From an uncultured Anaerolineales bacterium (lineage in GTDB: Bacteria > Chloroflexota > Anaerolineae > Anaerolineales > UBA11858): a DNA stretch of 37,372 nucleotides. Location of the stretch: contig CAZUMG010000004.1 of the NCBI GenBank assembly GCA_964621895.1, positions 4,697 to 42,068 on the forward strand. Reading direction: 5' to 3'. Of the stretch, positions 35,052 to 37,372 are shown one piece after another. The notes beneath the pieces are model-generated. The model saw only the letters and a program-made list of their open reading frames with translations. It made no database searches and was not told where the DNA came from. A program made the translations under genes and the position numbers. How positions within the stretch are numbered: the stretch's first letter is position 1; each line of letters starts with the position of its first letter.

Positions 35052-36204
35052 CTAATGACCTCCGTTCTTGTTTTCTTCTTTCAAGTTCGGCTGCCCGGGC
35101 TACACCCAGAATAATTCCCACAGCAGCCATAGTAACTACCAGGTTTGATCCTCCTTGACTGACAAAGGGGAGAGGATTTCCAGCCACTGGCAGTAATCCA
35201 ATAATCACGGCGATATTAAGATACGCCTCAAATACTATCCAAAATACTAGACCGGCCACTAGAAGTGATCCCAATCCATCAAGGGCTTTTTTAGCAATGA
35301 TCATTCCCCGCCATAACAGGAGAGCATATAAAATAACCAGCACTGCTGATCCCAAAAACCCCAATTCCTCTCCAACCACAGCAAAGATACTATCTGTATG
35401 AGGAACCGGTAAAAGAACCAGTTTGGCAACCCCCCTACCAAGGCCAACTCCAAACCAGCCTCCATCAATAAAAGCGGTAAATGATTTGGCAATTTGTTCG
35501 GAACCGATGGTGTTGATATCCCGGATACCTACCCAAAAGTCGAATATACGCTGATAAACTTCCGGCTTTTTTATAGCCACAATCACAGCTCCCAGACTGG
35601 ATGAGATACCCAGCAGCATTACTATTTGTATTAAGGAACCGCCAGCCATATAAAACAGCATTAACCCCAACGCAAACACGGTAACAGCCGCGCTTACATC
35701 GGTCTGGATGGCAATCAAACCACCCACCAAACCTAGAATAACTGCCAAGGGGATTAATCCAAAATCAACCTTCTTGATTTTGTCGCCTTTGGCGTTTAAC
35801 CAGACTGCCAGGTAGATGACGATCACAATTTTCGCCAACTCAGATGGTTGGACTGACTTTCCTCCCAGAAGCGATCGGGCACTGCCCTCCCCGATGACCA
35901 GTACCAGCAATAACAATCCCAGAGTAACCACGATAGCAAGAATAGCCAGGTGATTGCGCTCCCAGCGGTGATAATCCATGAAATATAGGATTACCGCCGC
36001 AATTGAGCCTATCACCAGCCAGACCAGCTGCTTAAGGAAAAAGGAATTGACATCCTTAAACACATGCCAGGATACGTCCCAGGAAGCAGAGTAGAGCATC
36101 AGCAATCCGAATACCAGTAAGGCAGTAATAATGCTTACAAAAGGAATATCAATTGCCAAATCCAAACCGGAAGGATTTGTTTTCAGTTCAGTTCTTGAAC
36201 CCAT
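34969..36204 (-). CDS. ftsW: SEDS-family peptidoglycan glycosyltransferase FtsW
   Basis: Polytopic protein with PVPHTDSIFAV and GLLPVAGNPLPFVSQGGS. Position between murD and murG. Confidence 0.85.
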   Translation of the reverse strand: MGSRTELKTNPSGLDLAIDIPFVSIITALLVFGLLMLYSASWDVSWHVFKDVNSFFLKQLVWLVIGSIAAVILYFMDYHRWERNHLAILAIVVTLGLLLLVLVIGEGSARSLLGGKSVQPSELAKIVIVIYLAVWLNAKGDKIKKVDFGLIPLAVILGLVGGLIAIQTDVSAAVTVFALGLMLFYMAGGSLIQIVMLLGISSSLGAVIVAIKKPEVYQRIFDFWVGIRDINTIGSEQIAKSFTAFIDGGWFGVGLGRGVAKLVLLPVPHTDSIFAVVGEELGFLGSAVLVILYALLLWRGMIIAKKALDGLGSLLVAGLVFWIVFEAYLNIAVIIGLLPVAGNPLPFVSQGGSNLVVTMAAVGIILGVARAAELERRKQERRSLGAVVDLRGRDRRGSVPGFSRPAGTKRS

Positions 36205-37372
36205 TCTTTAAACCTTTCCCCTCGATCAGCAAAATCAATAAATTCATCAAAACTGGTCCCCCCCGGAGATAATAAAACCACATCTCCTGCTTCTGCTATC
36301 TCCGCCGCTGCCTGAACTGCTTTCTTTAATCCAGGAAATTTTTTATAGGGAATCAGTTCCTGACCTTTTTCACTGGCAGCTAGCAGAGCAGATTCAATCA
36401 AGTCGGCAGATTCTCCAAATAGAATCAAATATTTAATTCTATTAAGAACCAGCCCGGCAAAATCATCCCAGGGGAGATCTTTATCTCTTCCCCCGGCCAG
36501 CAAGAGTATCGGCTCTTCAATAGAATGAATGGCGGCAATCGCTCTTTCCGGGGCGGTTGCAATCGAATCATTGATCCAGATGATATCCCGCCAGGTGCGG
36601 ATGACTTCCAAGCGATGGGTTACCCCTGACAATCCTTCCACCCCTCGCCGCATTGATTTCACTGGAAATTCTGCAGCAACTGCAATTGCACAGGCAGCCA
36701 GAACATTCATCAGGTTATGCTGTCCGCGTAATCGGATGCTGCTGACCGATACCAATTTCAAGGATGAGCTGCCGTCCCACAAACTAATCTGATCCCCTTC
36801 CAGAAAGGTACCCACTTGAGCTGGATCATCAGGCTTTTCTAAACCAAAACTTACCAGTTTGCCCTGCAGGTGGCTCCGGAGATTCCAGGAGCCTGGATCA
36901 TCCCGATTAAGCACTGCCACATCAGAACTGGTCTGAAAATCAAGAATGTGAGCTTTGGCAAGGGTATAGTCTTCCATTGAGCCGTGCCTGTCCAAATGGT
37001 TCGGGGTCACATTTAATATGCAGGCAATCTGCGGTGACCTGGTCATTATTTCCAATTGAAAACTTGATAATTCAATCACAGCAATATGGTCAGCCCGGAT
37101 CTGATCCACCACGGTAATTAATGGATTGCCAATATTTCCACCAACCCAGCTTCGTTTCCTACCATAGGCATCTTCTGCCATTTTTCCAACCAGCAGCGTT
37201 GTGGTAGTCTTTCCGGCAGATCCCGTAATGCCGATTACCGGGCAGGAGACAAGTTCCAGGAATACTTGTGAATCGTTGGTCAGCGGGATGCCCCGCCTGC
37301 GGGCTTCCCGAACCAGGGGTACCGTGAGGGGAATCCCCCCGGATAAAGCTAACCCGTCGGCAGCATCCAGCA
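36183..37372 (-). CDS. murD: UDP-N-acetylmuramoylalanine--D-glutamate ligase MurD; 5' end lies outside the window
   Basis: The frame stays open beyond the ORF-track Met up to the window edge. Hand translation of 37182-37370 gives ...VIGITGSAGKTTTTLLVGK (P-loop). Confidence 0.9.
   Translation of the reverse strand, partial: LDAADGLALSGGIPLTVPLVREARRRGIPLTNDSQVFLELVSCPVIGITGSAGKTTTTLLVGKMAEDAYGRKRSWVGGNIGNPLITVVDQIRADHIAVIELSSFQLEIMTRSPQIACILNVTPNHLDRHGSMEDYTLAKAHILDFQTSSDVAVLNRDDPGSWNLRSHLQGKLVSFGLEKPDDPAQVGTFLEGDQISLWDGSSSLKLVSVSSIRLRGQHNLMNVLAACAIAVAAEFPVKSMRRGVEGLSGVTHRLEVIRTWRDIIWINDSIATAPERAIAAIHSIEEPILLLAGGRDKDLPWDDFAGLVLNRIKYLILFGESADLIESALLAASEKGQELIPYKKFPGLKKAVQAAAEIAEAGDVVLLSPGGTSFDEFIDFADRGERFKEWVQELN

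Noticed and set aside
1-37372. Search for CRISPR arrays, tRNA/rRNA genes, transposases, toxin-antitoxin pairs and tandem repeats
   Set aside because: I saw no regularly spaced direct repeats, no tRNA-like T-arm or anticodon structures in the intergenic regions, and no IS or transposase-like ORFs. This was visual inspection only, so small elements could have been missed.

Overview
This 37.4-kb bacterial chromosomal window is about 47% GC. Gene content weakly suggests a Chloroflexota/Anaerolineae-like organism. All calls rest on reading motifs in the supplied ORF translations and the DNA; no database search was run.

Left third (+ strand):
- LarC 3' end, SanA/DUF218 protein, a lipoprotein, and a catalytically degenerate XerC/D-like recombinase.
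- Convergent tilS.
- A tightly coupled five-gene unit: REC-ParA/CpaE-like protein, Sir2 deacylase, GAF histidine kinase and two half-size permeases.

Middle (- strand): cinA-like gene, a complete livKHMGF-type ABC amino-acid importer, and fabL.

Most unusual region (17.1-25.4 kb): ArsR, TusA, a Cys-depleted MvhD-like protein, two HdrA paralogues (QmoA/QmoB-like), a 97-aa protein, an HdrC/HdrE-type FeS-membrane fusion (QmoC-like) and a DsrE-family protein. It is flanked by a LysR gene and a decayed rhodanese pseudogene. No aprBA, sat, dsrAB or CCG-domain HdrB/D gene lies in the window. I read it as a candidate quinone-linked sulfur-relay oxidoreductase of undescribed composition.

Right third (- strand): nrdR and a dcw cluster, murD-ftsW-murG-(CvpA-like)-murC-(63-aa ORF)-murB-ddl-ftsQ-ftsA-ftsZ.

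I recognised no rRNA, tRNA, CRISPR array or transposase/phage module.
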